Part shown: one piece after another, positions 1-9,669 of the stretch
Position numbering within the stretch: position 1 is the stretch's first letter
Layout: every line of letters starts with the position of its first letter
Source of the DNA: an uncultured delta proteobacterium
Lineage (GTDB): Bacteria > Desulfobacterota > Zymogenia > Zymogenales > Zymogenaceae
Reading direction: 5' to 3'
Assembly (NCBI GenBank): GCA_963735595.1
Contig: CAVTLK010000002.1
Location: 544,001-608,000 of the forward strand
Length of the DNA stretch: 64,000 bases
Translations under genes and position numbers: made by a program
Notes under the pieces: model-generated
Seen by the model: only the letters and a program-made list of their open reading frames with translations
What the model was told of the DNA's origin: nothing
Database searches by the model: none

Positions 1-400
1 CAAGAAACCTGCCCGTGCCCGCCGCGCACTTCTCGTTCATCACGAAGTCCTTCACGCGGCCGGTCTCGTCGATCGACATCGCCTTGCTGTCCTGCCCGCC
101 GATATCGATGACCGTCCGGGCGGACGGCCGGATGAAGTTCGCCCCCTTGGCGTGGCAGGTGATCTCCGTGATCTGTTTTTGCGCGAACGGCACGTTGATC
201 CGCCCGTAGCCGGTGGAAACGATATAGGCGATATCGGAAAGCGCCAGCGACGCCGACGAAAGGCACATATCCATGACCTTTTGCGCGGTCTCGGCGCTTT
301 TATACCCCGCGGGGATGATGGTGTGACAGATAATCGTTCCGTTTTCAATGACGACCGCCTTGGCGGTCAGTGAACCCAGGTCTACGCCTCCAAAACGCAT
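1..400 (-). CDS. 2-hydroxyacyl-CoA dehydratase activase / BadF-BcrAD family ATPase (runs off the window at its 3' end)
   Basis: Not in the ORF track. Manual translation from ATG at 400 (AGGAGG RBS upstream) gives MRFGGVDLGSLTAK...STGYGR...EITCHAKGA...IDIGGQDSK...FVMNEKCAAGTGRFL, the classic HgdC/BadF motifs. Confidence 0.9.
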   Translation of the reverse strand, partial: MRFGGVDLGSLTAKAVVIENGTIICHTIIPAGYKSAETAQKVMDMCLSSASLALSDIAYIVSTGYGRINVPFAQKQITEITCHAKGANFIRPSARTVIDIGGQDSKAMSIDETGRVKDFVMNEKCAAGTGRFL

Positions 401-422
401 CGGCCGATCCTCCTTTGGCCTT

Positions 423-451
423 AGTCTATTATGCTTGGGTGCTGCTGTCAA
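423..451 (-). promoter_or_regulatory. sigma70-type promoter for the activase gene
   Basis: Minus strand reads TTGACA-N17-TAGACT, about 22 nt upstream of ATG 400. Confidence 0.6.
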
Positions 452-516
452 CCCCGGCGGGCGCCCTTTTAAAAAAATGAGTCCGGTGGTATAATAAAAG
501 TAGACCAAAGCGTGGG

Positions 517-969
517 GTGATTGTCATGAACACAAAAACTATGCTTCGATGGGGCATTATAGTGCTGATAGCCGTTGCCGCCTCGTGCGCCACAACCGGC
601 GCGCAGACCGGTGTACCGCCGGAGGTAGAGGTGTCGGTAATCAACTTTGCCCCGTCAACAGATATCGGGATGACCACGGAGGTCAACTTCTCGGTGGTTA
701 ACCTGACCGACCGGGAGCTGACCGGCCTGACCCTTGTCGTTACCTCTAACCCTTCCAACGGCGTGGATCTTCCCTATGAGGAGAAGGCCATCGACCGGAT
801 CGTTCCCGGCGGGTCCTGGAACCCGGGGCCTTTCTTGGTTCGGGGGAGGCACGCGGGGTCAACGGCGGTCTTCTTTACCGTCATGAGAGACGGCGTGAGG
901 CTCGCGCGGGACTATACGCTGGTCCAGGTGGGTAACGACGACGACGGTTTTATCTTCGTTCCCTTTTAA
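517..969 (+). CDS. putative lipoprotein with an Ig-like/CARDB-like beta-sandwich
   Basis: Hydrophobic N-terminus with lipobox-like AASC and a beta-rich mature part. TGGTATAAT extended -10 at ~487. The real start may be ATG 526 or 541. Confidence 0.65.
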   Translation: MIVMNTKTMLRWGIIVLIAVAASCATTGAQTGVPPEVEVSVINFAPSTDIGMTTEVNFSVVNLTDRELTGLTLVVTSNPSNGVDLPYEEKAIDRIVPGGSWNPGPFLVRGRHAGSTAVFFTVMRDGVRLARDYTLVQVGNDDDGFIFVPF

Positions 970-1171
970 CCCCATCGGCGGCCCGTGATGGGTGTGGCGG
1001 AGCGACGGCGGCGGGGCCGGCCGCGCGCTTGCGCGGGTGGCCACTGGGGAAGTGCTTTCGTATCCGGGACACGGCAACCCAGGGTGCCCGCCCCGCTGCG
1101 GGCTCTTTTTTGTTTTCCGTTGCCTCCCCGATATGCTATAGTAATCGCGGGCTCCCGGAAAGAGAAATCAA

Positions 1172-1780
1172 TTGCAGTTGACCGATCTCCCCTCACTGAA
1201 CACCCGATGGGACGCGCGTTACCCCACGGAAGACCCCGAGGTCTGGGAACGGCCGTCGGCCTTTCTCGTCGAGTGTATGCCGCTGTTTGGCGGCGGCAGG
1301 GCGCTGGACGTGGCCTGCGGGCCGGCGAGAAACGCCGTTTTCCTTGCCGAGAGGGGGTACATCGTGGACGGGGTGGACAACTCCCGGGAAGGCCTCCTGA
1401 TGGCCCGGGGATTTGTCGGGCGGCGGAACGTGCCGGCGAACCTGTCGGTGAACCTGCCGGTGAACTTGATCTTCGCCGACCTGGCCAGCTACGCCGTCAG
1501 GCCCGGCAGCTACGACCTCATCTTGAACTTCTTCTATCTTAACCGGGCGCTCATGCCGTCGCTGGTCGAGGGGCTCAAGGCCGGCGGGTACCTGGTCTTT
1601 GAGTCCTTCACGACGGAAAACCGCAGGTTTGCGCCCCTCAAGGACCCCGCTCACTATCTGGCGCCCAACGAGCTACTCACATTAGCCGGCACGATGCGCG
1701 TGCTTGGTTACTATGAGGGGACGGTTATCGAGGCGGGGATGGCCCGGTCGATCGCCCGTATGGTTGCCCGAAAGGAATAG
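1172..1780 (+). CDS. class I SAM-dependent methyltransferase (TehB-like)
   Basis: Motif I ALDVACGPARN, V-D-G-V-D, YDLI, and LKAGGYLVF. Confidence 0.85.
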   Translation: MQLTDLPSLNTRWDARYPTEDPEVWERPSAFLVECMPLFGGGRALDVACGPARNAVFLAERGYIVDGVDNSREGLLMARGFVGRRNVPANLSVNLPVNLIFADLASYAVRPGSYDLILNFFYLNRALMPSLVEGLKAGGYLVFESFTTENRRFAPLKDPAHYLAPNELLTLAGTMRVLGYYEGTVIEAGMARSIARMVARKE

Positions 1781-1912
1781 GTGCGGGGGACAGGAGCGGC
1801 CCGGTCCCGTGAACCCGTTTTTTTTTATGCGGACGGCCGCGTCCATCATCGAGGGTCGCGTAACACCGGCCGCACTCATTACTAACCTATTGACCTATTG
1901 TAACCAATCACG

Positions 1913-2674
1913 ATGTCTACCGCTATCCTGACCGTTGGAAACGAGATCCTTTCCGGGCACGTCCTGGATACCAACACGCACTGGCTCCTGGGCCGGCTCT
2001 TTCTCCTGGGCGAGCAGGTAACGGCCGCCGTCGTGCTACCCGACGATGCGGACGAGATCGTCCGATGGGTGGCCGAGTTTTCCGGCGGCGTCGATTTCCT
2101 GTTTGTCTGCGGCGGCCTCGGGGCGACGCCGGACGACCTGACGGTTGCCGCCCTGGCGCGGGCGGCTGGCCGGGGCCTCGAGGTCTCCGAGGAAGCGCTG
2201 GCCCACATGGAAGAGCTGAGCAATTTCCTCCTCGAAAAGGGCTTTATCAAGGCGAAGATGGAGATAAACGACGGGATCAGGAAGATGGCGACGGTCGTCG
2301 AGGGAGCGAAGGTCCTCGAAAACCGGGCGGGCTTCTGCCCCGGCTCGACCTTCGAATTCAAGGGGACGCGGATATTCGTCCTGCCCGGGGTGCCCCAGGA
2401 GCTCAAGACGATCTTCACCGACCAGATCGAGGGGACTTACGTCAAACAGCGGGGCGACCGGTATACGGAGGAGATCGTCCTTTCCGAGGTGGAGGCCCGC
2501 ATCGCCGGCCTCCTTGCCAAGCTCAACGAGCAGTTCCCCGGCGTATCCATCGGATCGTACCCGACCTACGGCGCCAAGACCCTCGTGATCCGGGCGATGG
2601 GGCAGAACCCCGAGGACGTGAAACGCGTCCTGGCCGAGATCAGGGAGTACGCGGAGTCGCTTCCGGAGATATAG
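1913..2674 (+). CDS. CinA-like competence/damage-inducible protein (molybdopterin-binding-like domain only, no PncC domain)
   Basis: TVGNEILSG..DTN, GGLGATPDDLT, LPGVPQE and IGSYP motifs. Confidence 0.85.
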   Translation: MSTAILTVGNEILSGHVLDTNTHWLLGRLFLLGEQVTAAVVLPDDADEIVRWVAEFSGGVDFLFVCGGLGATPDDLTVAALARAAGRGLEVSEEALAHMEELSNFLLEKGFIKAKMEINDGIRKMATVVEGAKVLENRAGFCPGSTFEFKGTRIFVLPGVPQELKTIFTDQIEGTYVKQRGDRYTEEIVLSEVEARIAGLLAKLNEQFPGVSIGSYPTYGAKTLVIRAMGQNPEDVKRVLAEIREYAESLPEI

Positions 2675-2761
2675 ACGTGTACGGCCCGGGGCGCCGCCAG
2701 CGCGGCTGCCGCCTTCCGGCGACGATCCGCATCCATCCCCATATAAAGGGAGCAGCACCTC

Positions 2762-4465
2762 ATGGGACCCTACGTCATCGGCCTTGACTTCGGCACCAAC
2801 TCCGCCCGGGCCCTCCTCGTCGAGGCGGAAACCGGCCGGGAGATCGCCACATACGTCCATCCATACTCCCGGGGGACCGAAGGGGTTTTAACCGACCCGT
2901 CCGACGCCCTGCTGGCCCGCCAGGACCCCCGGGACTATATCGACGCGCTCGGCGCGCTCGTGCCGGGGCTGATGCAGGAGGCGCGGGAAACGGCCGGCGT
3001 CAGGGACGCCCGGGTCATCGGCGTCGGCGTCGATACGACCGCCAGCACCCCCGTCCCGGTGGACGCCCGGGGGCTGTGCCTGACGCTCGACGGGCGGTTT
3101 GCCGACAATGCAAATGCCTGCGCCTGGCTCTGGAAGGATCACACCGCGCACCGTGAGGCCGAAGAGATCGTCGAGGCGGTAAAGGGCAAGAGCCTCCCCT
3201 ACCTGTCGGCCTACAGCGGGGTCTATTCGTCCGAATGGTTCTGGGCGAAGGTCCTGCGTGCTACCCGGATCGACGCCGGGGTCGCGGCGGCCGCTGCCAC
3301 CTGGATGGAGCAATCCGACTTTATCCCCGCGCTCCTGACCGGAGACGTGCGTCCGGCGGCGGTGAAGAGAAACGCCTGCGCCGCCGGCTTCAAGGGGATG
3401 TACGGCCGCGCGTACGGAGGTTTCCCTCCCGAGGAATTCTTCGGAGGTCTTGGCGAGCGCCTCGGGACCATCCGCCGGACCCTGCCCGCGCGGGTCTATG
3501 CCCCCGGGGAGGCGATCGGCACGCTCGCCGGCGCGATGAAAGAGGCCTGGGGGCTTGGCGGCGAGATCGTCGTGGCTTCCGGGATGATAGACGCCCACGC
3601 CGGCGCGGTCGGCAGCGGGATACGGCCGGGGAGGCTCGTCAAGATGATCGGCACCTCGACCTGCGACCTGGCGCTGCTGTCGGCGGGGGCGGTTGGCGCT
3701 ATCCCGGGCATCAGCGGCGTCGTGGCAGACGGGATCGTCCCGGGATGGCGTGGGGTGGAGTCCGGCCAGGCGGCCGTCGGCGATATCCTTAACTGGTTTG
3801 TCGATACCGTCGTTTGCTCGGGAACGCCCGACGACAGGGACCGGGCGTTTGCCCGGCTGACGGAGGAGGCCGGGCGGTTTCGCGCCGGGGCGACGGGGCT
3901 CGTGGCGCTCGACTGGAACAACGGCAACCGCAACGTCCTGATGGACCCGATGCTGACGGGGCTCGTGATCGGGCAGACGCTGCAGACCGGACCGGGAGAG
4001 CTGTTCAGGGCCCTCATCGAGGCCACCGGGTTCGGCGCGCGCGTGATTACCGAGCGGCTCAGTGAGCACGGCGTTGCACTCTCCGAGATCGTCTGCTGCG
4101 GCGGCATCGCGGAGAAGAACCCGCTCTTCATGCAGATCTATGCGGATATCCTCAATTGCCCCATCAGCGTCGCCCGCTCGGGGCAGGCCGCGGCACTCGG
4201 GTCGGCCGTCTGCGCGGCCGTCGCGGCGGGCCCGGCCGCGGGAGGATATGATAATTTCCCGGATGCTGCCGAAAAGATGACCGGAATCCGGGAGACGGTC
4301 TACCTGCCCCGGAAAGACGAGGCGGCGACCTACGACCGGCTGTACCGGCTCTATCACAGGCTCCATGACGCCTTCGGAAAACGGGCCGCGCCCGACGGCC
4401 CCGACAACTTATTTGACGTGATGAAGGACCTCATCGAGATACGGGAGCGTACGAGACGGCTGTAG
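2762..4465 (+). CDS. araB: ribulokinase (FGGY carbohydrate kinase)
   Basis: GLDFGTNSARA, GVDTTASTP, LWKDHTA, YSSEWFWAK, DAHAGAVG, GTSTC, LDWNNGNR and GGIAEKNP are AraB-type motifs. Confidence 0.9.
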   Translation: MGPYVIGLDFGTNSARALLVEAETGREIATYVHPYSRGTEGVLTDPSDALLARQDPRDYIDALGALVPGLMQEARETAGVRDARVIGVGVDTTASTPVPVDARGLCLTLDGRFADNANACAWLWKDHTAHREAEEIVEAVKGKSLPYLSAYSGVYSSEWFWAKVLRATRIDAGVAAAAATWMEQSDFIPALLTGDVRPAAVKRNACAAGFKGMYGRAYGGFPPEEFFGGLGERLGTIRRTLPARVYAPGEAIGTLAGAMKEAWGLGGEIVVASGMIDAHAGAVGSGIRPGRLVKMIGTSTCDLALLSAGAVGAIPGISGVVADGIVPGWRGVESGQAAVGDILNWFVDTVVCSGTPDDRDRAFARLTEEAGRFRAGATGLVALDWNNGNRNVLMDPMLTGLVIGQTLQTGPGELFRALIEATGFGARVITERLSEHGVALSEIVCCGGIAEKNPLFMQIYADILNCPISVARSGQAAALGSAVCAAVAAGPAAGGYDNFPDAAEKMTGIRETVYLPRKDEAATYDRLYRLYHRLHDAFGKRAAPDGPDNLFDVMKDLIEIRERTRRL

Positions 4466-4495
4466 CGGGCAGTCACCAATCAGACAGGAGAATCG

Positions 4496-6094
4496 TTGAT
4501 GGCAAAGAAACGGATACGGGTCGGGGTATTTTCAGGATATGATCCGCGGCCCTGGGTTATGAAGGAATCCGCCGAGGGCGATATCAAGATACTCGAACGG
4601 TTCGTGACGTCGCTTGATCGCTCCGGCGATTACGACGTCGTCTATCCCGGCAGGAAGCTGAAGGGCCATGACCGGCTCTGCTATACCATGGACCTCGTGG
4701 ACCGGTACGCGGCCGAATTTGCCGCCAAGGGTGTGGACGTCCTGATCAACGTGCACCAGACCTGGACGTTCCCCCAGATCTCCGAGAAGGTCATCACGAG
4801 CTTCATCCACAAGGCGAGAAAAAGAGATCCCCGGTTCGTCCCCCGGATCGTGGTGGCCTCCATCCAGGACACGCAGGTGCCGGGGATGGTCTCGGGGATG
4901 GCGACGGGCGGGGCGTTGGCCCAGATCGGGCTCCCGTATGCCCATGTCTACGGCGACTTTGACTCGCCCGAGTTTATGGGGCGGCTGGCGCAGGAGATCG
5001 GGTTCTTCGGCCGGATGGCCGCCGCGCACGGGACGGTAGCCGGCGTCGTCGATAACCTGCACCGGGAGCACGTCCTCGAGTTCGGCTCCTTTTCCCTGAG
5101 GATGCCCACCACGCGCATCAACCACGAGGAGGTCACAGCGCGGTGGGGGATAACTTTCGAAAATCTCGACCAGCAGGTCTTCCTCGACCGGGCCTTCGAG
5201 ATGCTGGCCTGGAGCGGCCGGGAGGGGGCGTCCCCGATCACGGAGATCCGCGACCGGCGGGTGGCGCGGGTCGTGACGGACCTCTATGACCGCCACCCCG
5301 AGAAGTTCTCCGCAGTGGCCGGGAGGACCGTCCCGCGGGACACGTTCACGCTCCAGGTTGCCTGTTATTACGCGACGGCCGATATCGCCAGGGAGCGGGG
5401 GGCCGGCGCCGTGACCATCAAGTGCCAGGACGAGTGTTCGTCACGCTACGCAACCTGCTGCATCGCCACGTCGTTCCTGGGCAACGACCGGGACCCGGGC
5501 GGAACAGCCAAGGAAATCCTGCCGGCGTCATGCGAGACGGATCTCCCCACGCTTCTTTCACAGCTCTTTCTCTGCCGCATCTCCGGCAAGCCCGCCGGCT
5601 TCGGCGACTTCCGGTACGTAAAGACCGACGGGGAGAAAACGGTGCTGGCCGTGGTCAACTGCGGCCAGCATCCGGTCTATTACGCGAACCACGAATCACA
5701 GGACTTTAAGAAGAAGCTTTCGCATACCGAGTTTCCGGGGCAGGAGCATTTTTACGCCGCCGGGGGGGCGGCCGTCAGGATGAGGAGTGCGGGGGGGCAG
5801 GAAGTGACGCTCGCGCGGCTCGGCGTGGAGAACGGCAGGCTCTACCTTGCCGCTACCGTCATGGACACCTATGACGTCGATATTTCCCGGCACCGGGCGT
5901 ATAACGAGGCATGGCCCATCATCGAGGGGTACGTCCCGGTGACCGACCGGGTGCTGAGCCGGCAGTGGCCCTCAAACCACCTCGGCTTTGTCTACGGGAA
6001 CTACCTGCCGCACGTCACGGAGCTGGCCGAACAGCTCGGCATCGGGTACACGGTATGGGACAGGGACGGCCGGGAGTCCCATAAACCATCGTGA
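4496..6094 (+). CDS. L-fucose/L-arabinose isomerase family protein (FucI-like)
   Basis: Metal-ligand motifs SCETD, FGD and WPSNH match the FucI Glu/Asp/His triad. Co-oriented 30 nt after araB. Confidence 0.75.
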   Translation: MMAKKRIRVGVFSGYDPRPWVMKESAEGDIKILERFVTSLDRSGDYDVVYPGRKLKGHDRLCYTMDLVDRYAAEFAAKGVDVLINVHQTWTFPQISEKVITSFIHKARKRDPRFVPRIVVASIQDTQVPGMVSGMATGGALAQIGLPYAHVYGDFDSPEFMGRLAQEIGFFGRMAAAHGTVAGVVDNLHREHVLEFGSFSLRMPTTRINHEEVTARWGITFENLDQQVFLDRAFEMLAWSGREGASPITEIRDRRVARVVTDLYDRHPEKFSAVAGRTVPRDTFTLQVACYYATADIARERGAGAVTIKCQDECSSRYATCCIATSFLGNDRDPGGTAKEILPASCETDLPTLLSQLFLCRISGKPAGFGDFRYVKTDGEKTVLAVVNCGQHPVYYANHESQDFKKKLSHTEFPGQEHFYAAGGAAVRMRSAGGQEVTLARLGVENGRLYLAATVMDTYDVDISRHRAYNEAWPIIEGYVPVTDRVLSRQWPSNHLGFVYGNYLPHVTELAEQLGIGYTVWDRDGRESHKPS

Positions 6095-6196
6095 GCGGTG
6101 AGCCCCCGTATACGAGCTTCGATGCCCATACCGACAGGACGGGCGCCCGGGGCGCGGTCGCCCTTTTCTTTTCATGAACCGATCGGGAGATACGGT

Positions 6197-7267
6197 ATGA
6201 AATGGTCATTTACGATAGGCAGGATCTTCGGCATTCCGATCCGCGTCCATATCACCTTCCTCCTGCTGTTGGCCTTCGTGGCGCTGATGGGAAAGACGGT
6301 TGCCGGCGGGATGTACGCGGTCCTCTTCGTCGTCCTCGTTTTCGTCTGTGTCATACTGCATGAGCTCACCCACAGTATCGCGGCGATACGTTTCGGCCAC
6401 AAGGTCAGAAGCATCACGCTGCTTCCCATCGGCGGGATGGCCCAGATGGACGAGATCCCGGAGAATCCGAAAGAAGAAATCGTCATCTCCGTCATGGGTC
6501 CGGTGGCAAGCCTCGTCATAGCGGCCGTGCTCTTCGGGGTCATCTCCCTGCTTCATCTTCCCCTCGGCTCGCCCCTGGCCGCGTCCCTCTGGGAGGGGAA
6601 CATGCTGGTCTCGTTGTTCTGGATCAACCTGTTCCTCGCGGGATTCAACCTGATCCCCGCGTTCCCCATGGACGGGGGCAGGGTGCTCAGGGGGATACTC
6701 GGCGTTTTCATGGATCACATGAAGGCGACCAGGATCGCCGTCTTCGTGGGGCAGGTGTTTGCCGTTATCCTCTTTTTCGTTGGGATCTTTTACAACATCT
6801 GGCTCGCGCTGATAGCCGTCTTCATCTACCTGGGTGCGGAGGGGGAAGAGCGGATATGGTCGCTCCGCTACGCCCTTGCCGACGCCCCGGTGAAATCGGT
6901 CATGCTGGAGGATTTCAGGGCGCTTTCCCCCGGCGATACCCTCGCACATGCCGCGGAGCTCTTCCTCCATACCCTGCAAGGGGACTTCCCGATCCTCTTC
7001 GGCAACCGGCTCATGGGCATCCTCCGCCGGGATACGCTGATCGAGGGTATCAACGAGAACAAGGAAAAGGAGCGCGTGGCCGACTTCGCGGAGCGCGATT
7101 TCATGTCGACGACCGAGCGGGAGCCGCTCGTTGAGCTGTATAAAAAGATGGCCGAAAAAGGGATATCGATGGTGCCGGTGTTGCGGGATGATATTCTGGT
7201 GGGGATCGTGACGATGGAGCAGATCGGCCGGTATCACATGATCTCCGCGGCCAAGAGCGCCAAATAA
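6197..7267 (+). CDS. site-2 protease (M50) with CBS domains
   Basis: HELTH zinc motif, NLIPAFPMDGGR, several TM segments and a C-terminal CBS pair. Start taken as ATG 6197 after GGGAGA. Confidence 0.9.
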   Translation: MKWSFTIGRIFGIPIRVHITFLLLLAFVALMGKTVAGGMYAVLFVVLVFVCVILHELTHSIAAIRFGHKVRSITLLPIGGMAQMDEIPENPKEEIVISVMGPVASLVIAAVLFGVISLLHLPLGSPLAASLWEGNMLVSLFWINLFLAGFNLIPAFPMDGGRVLRGILGVFMDHMKATRIAVFVGQVFAVILFFVGIFYNIWLALIAVFIYLGAEGEERIWSLRYALADAPVKSVMLEDFRALSPGDTLAHAAELFLHTLQGDFPILFGNRLMGILRRDTLIEGINENKEKERVADFAERDFMSTTEREPLVELYKKMAEKGISMVPVLRDDILVGIVTMEQIGRYHMISAAKSAK

Positions 7268-7304
7268 ATGTTATCGTAGCGACAACAGCCTTTCGGGGAT
7301 TATT

Positions 7305-7646
7305 ATGGAACCAATGATCGCCTACTGCGGCCTGGTCTGCACCGACTGCCCGGCTTATCAAGCTACCCAGGCAAACGACGAGGAGAAGGCCCGGGAAACG
7401 GCCGCGCTCTGGGCAAAGGAATACGGCGTCAACGTCGCGGTCGCAGACGTCTGGTGCGACGGATGTGTCGTCGGCGGCAAGAAATGCGGGCACTGCGCCG
7501 AATGCGAGATCAGGGCCTGCGGGGTCGCCCGGGGCGTCGCCAACTGCGGCAGGTGTCCCGATTTTTCCTGCGACAAGACCGAGAAGTTCTTCGCAATGGT
7601 CCCGTTTGCCCGGGAGGTCCTCGAACGGGAGGCGAAGAGCCGCTGA
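7305..7646 (+). CDS. DUF3795-type Cys-rich protein
   Basis: AYCGLVCTDCPAY...CDGC...CAECEIRAC....VANCGRCPDFSC pattern. Confidence 0.8.
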   Translation: MEPMIAYCGLVCTDCPAYQATQANDEEKARETAALWAKEYGVNVAVADVWCDGCVVGGKKCGHCAECEIRACGVARGVANCGRCPDFSCDKTEKFFAMVPFAREVLEREAKSR

Positions 7647-7834
7647 CCCTGTAATCCCGCTTTGAAGAATCAGGTAGGTTCCTGTTGACCCTAAGGCGAT
7701 ACGACGCTGCGTTCACAGGATCGCCCGCCCGCCGCGGGTCGCGGCGTCGTGATCTCGGCCGGTTTCCGATACTATGGCTGCGCGGCCGTGACGGATGCCT
7801 GCATTAGTGAGTAATATTCACTCATTTTTTCTCC

Positions 7835-7862
7835 TTGACAAGCCCCTTTCAATCCGTATAAT
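7835..7862 (+). promoter_or_regulatory. consensus sigma70 promoter of the acetate transporter gene
   Basis: TTGACA-N16-TATAAT, with inverted repeat TGAGT-N7-ACTCA at 7808-7824 just upstream. Confidence 0.75.
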
Positions 7863-7931
7863 GAACCCCACATTTTTTGCCACCGCCCGGGGGCGGTTTG
7901 TCACCAATCAGAATAAAAAGGAGTCGTATCT

Positions 7932-8549
7932 ATGGCACAAAAAGAGATCACCAAGGTCGAAATCGCCGGTTTCGAGACGCTGTCTCCGGCCGACCCGGGG
8001 CCGCTGGGTCTCAACTGCTTTGCCCTGACCACCTTCCTCCTTTCCCTGGTCAACGCCGGTATCATCGACAAGGCGGCGGCCGGCCACGTATGGCTAACCT
8101 CGGCCCTGATCTTCGGCGGGACGGCCCAGGTGCTGGCGGGCCTCTGGGAATTCCGGACGAGAAACGTATTCGGCGCCACCGCCTTCGTCTCGTACGGCGG
8201 CTTCTGGGTCTCACTGGGCCTCATCCCGGTGTTCGTTTCCAAGGGACTCATCCCGGATACCAACGTCGGCCTGCTCTTGGCCTGGTTCTTGACGGCGTGG
8301 ACGATCTTTACATTCTATATGTGGGTCGGGAGCATGAAGACCAACAAGGCCCTCTTTACCGTCTTCACGCTGCTGCTTGCCACGTTTATCCTGCTTGATA
8401 TCGGCCACTTCGGCAACCCCGTGTTCAACGTCATCGGCGGGTTCCTGGGTATCATCACCGCCCTCGGCGCATGGTACACGTCGGCAGCCGGCATCATCAA
8501 CACGGTCTGGGGGAAGGTCGTCCTCCCGATTGGACCCATAAAGAAATAA
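7932..8549 (+). CDS. satP: acetate uptake transporter, GPR1/FUN34/YaaH family
   Basis: ADPGPLGLNCFALTT, FGGTAQ, N(V)FGATAF.SYG.FW; six TM segments. Confidence 0.9.
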   Translation: MAQKEITKVEIAGFETLSPADPGPLGLNCFALTTFLLSLVNAGIIDKAAAGHVWLTSALIFGGTAQVLAGLWEFRTRNVFGATAFVSYGGFWVSLGLIPVFVSKGLIPDTNVGLLLAWFLTAWTIFTFYMWVGSMKTNKALFTVFTLLLATFILLDIGHFGNPVFNVIGGFLGIITALGAWYTSAAGIINTVWGKVVLPIGPIKK

Positions 8550-8589
8550 CGGCACGGGCGGCGCAAGCCCCACTGCTGTCGTGAATACG

Positions 8590-8630
8590 CAAAGAGACCG
8601 GCGACACGCGTTGCCGGTCTCTTTGTTTCT
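8590..8630 (+). terminator. rho-independent terminator after satP
   Basis: Hairpin caaagagaccggcgac / gttgccggtctctttg followed by a T-rich tract. Confidence 0.75.
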
Positions 8631-8660
8631 TTTATGCGATTGTTGTGCTATGGTTATGAT

Positions 8661-9566
8661 ATGGACGAAGCGGTATTCGTGCGGGTAACGGTCGAGGTCA
8701 TCGACGAGGCGCGGCTTGCCCTCCTCGATTTTTTGGCGGAGCTTTCCCCGTCCGGGGTAATCGAGGAAACGGAGTGGGAGGGGGTGCGGGGCCCGGCGTG
8801 TGTCTACCTGCTGCAGGACGGGGCAAAAGAGAAGCTCGACAGCCTTCGACGGTATCTCGATTCCCTGAGGGAACTCTGGGGCGGAGACGCTGTCATATCC
8901 TTCGAGGTCGCGGAGGTCGCCGATCCCGGCTGGGCGACGGAGTACCAGCGGTTCTTTACGGCGCAGCGGGTTACCCCCCGGATCGTTGTCGTCCCGCCGT
9001 GGGAGGAGCGTCCCGAAGACGGGGACCTGATCGTGATCACGATCCTGCCGGGCCCGGCCTTCGGCACGGGCACGCACGAGACCACGCGCCTGTGCCTCTC
9101 GGCGATGGAAGAGATCTGCGCCGGGCGGCTGATCGGGACCATGCTCGACGTCGGGTGCGGCTCGGCGATACTCTCGATCGCCGGGTCCCTGCTCGGGATT
9201 GACCGGGTCAGGGGGGTGGAATCTGACGGCGAGGCGGTCGTTTCGGCGCGGGAAAACGTCGCGCGCAACGCGCTTACCGATCGCGTTACGATCGTCAGTG
9301 AGGCCTTTACGCGGGCCGAAGGCCTATATGACCTGGTCGTCGCGAACCTTACCGCCCGGGAGATAGAGCCCATGATCGAGCACCTGTTCGGGTCCGTCGC
9401 GGCGGGGGGGAGCATCATCCTCTCGGGGATCCTGGATACTGAGGAAGAGAAGATGAAGGCGATCATCCATCGGGAAATTCCGTCCGGCCCGTCCGGCTTC
9501 CGTGAACCTTCGGTAACGCGGCTGGGGGAATGGCTCTGCGTTGTGATCGAGGGGACGCGGCAATAG
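8661..9566 (+). CDS. prmA: ribosomal protein L11 methyltransferase
   Basis: PGPAFGTGTHETTRLC, LDVGCGSAILSI, YDLVVANL and LSGIL motifs. Start taken as ATG 8661. Confidence 0.9.
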   Translation: MDEAVFVRVTVEVIDEARLALLDFLAELSPSGVIEETEWEGVRGPACVYLLQDGAKEKLDSLRRYLDSLRELWGGDAVISFEVAEVADPGWATEYQRFFTAQRVTPRIVVVPPWEERPEDGDLIVITILPGPAFGTGTHETTRLCLSAMEEICAGRLIGTMLDVGCGSAILSIAGSLLGIDRVRGVESDGEAVVSARENVARNALTDRVTIVSEAFTRAEGLYDLVVANLTAREIEPMIEHLFGSVAAGGSIILSGILDTEEEKMKAIIHREIPSGPSGFREPSVTRLGEWLCVVIEGTRQ

Positions 9567-9600
9567 CCAATAGCCGGGACGCGGCAATGGCCGGGACGCG
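9552..9600 (+). repeat. short tandem repeat (gggacgcggcaatRgcc x2 plus partial copies) over the prmA stop codon
   Basis: Full copies at 9552-9568 and 9576-9592; partial copies at 9569-9575 and 9593-9600. Confidence 0.7.
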
Positions 9601-9669
9601 ATAAAACGGTTGTAAAAGGAAGAAAAGAGGGATAAGATAAACAAATACTGTTTAGTGGGGGTATAAGAG

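Noticed and set aside
2888..4366. Long antisense ORFs (492 aa here; also 26433-28046, 36232-37578, 39967-41301, 56910-58022)
   Set aside because: They lie opposite well-supported genes, have no motifs, and are expected shadows in high-GC DNA.
7650..7800. c-di-GMP-I riboswitch-like words (cctaagg...ctatggc) and a long hairpin
   Set aside because: The GCAAA/GAAA/GACGCAAA core is missing, and the segment lies upstream of the satP promoter, so it would not be in the leader.
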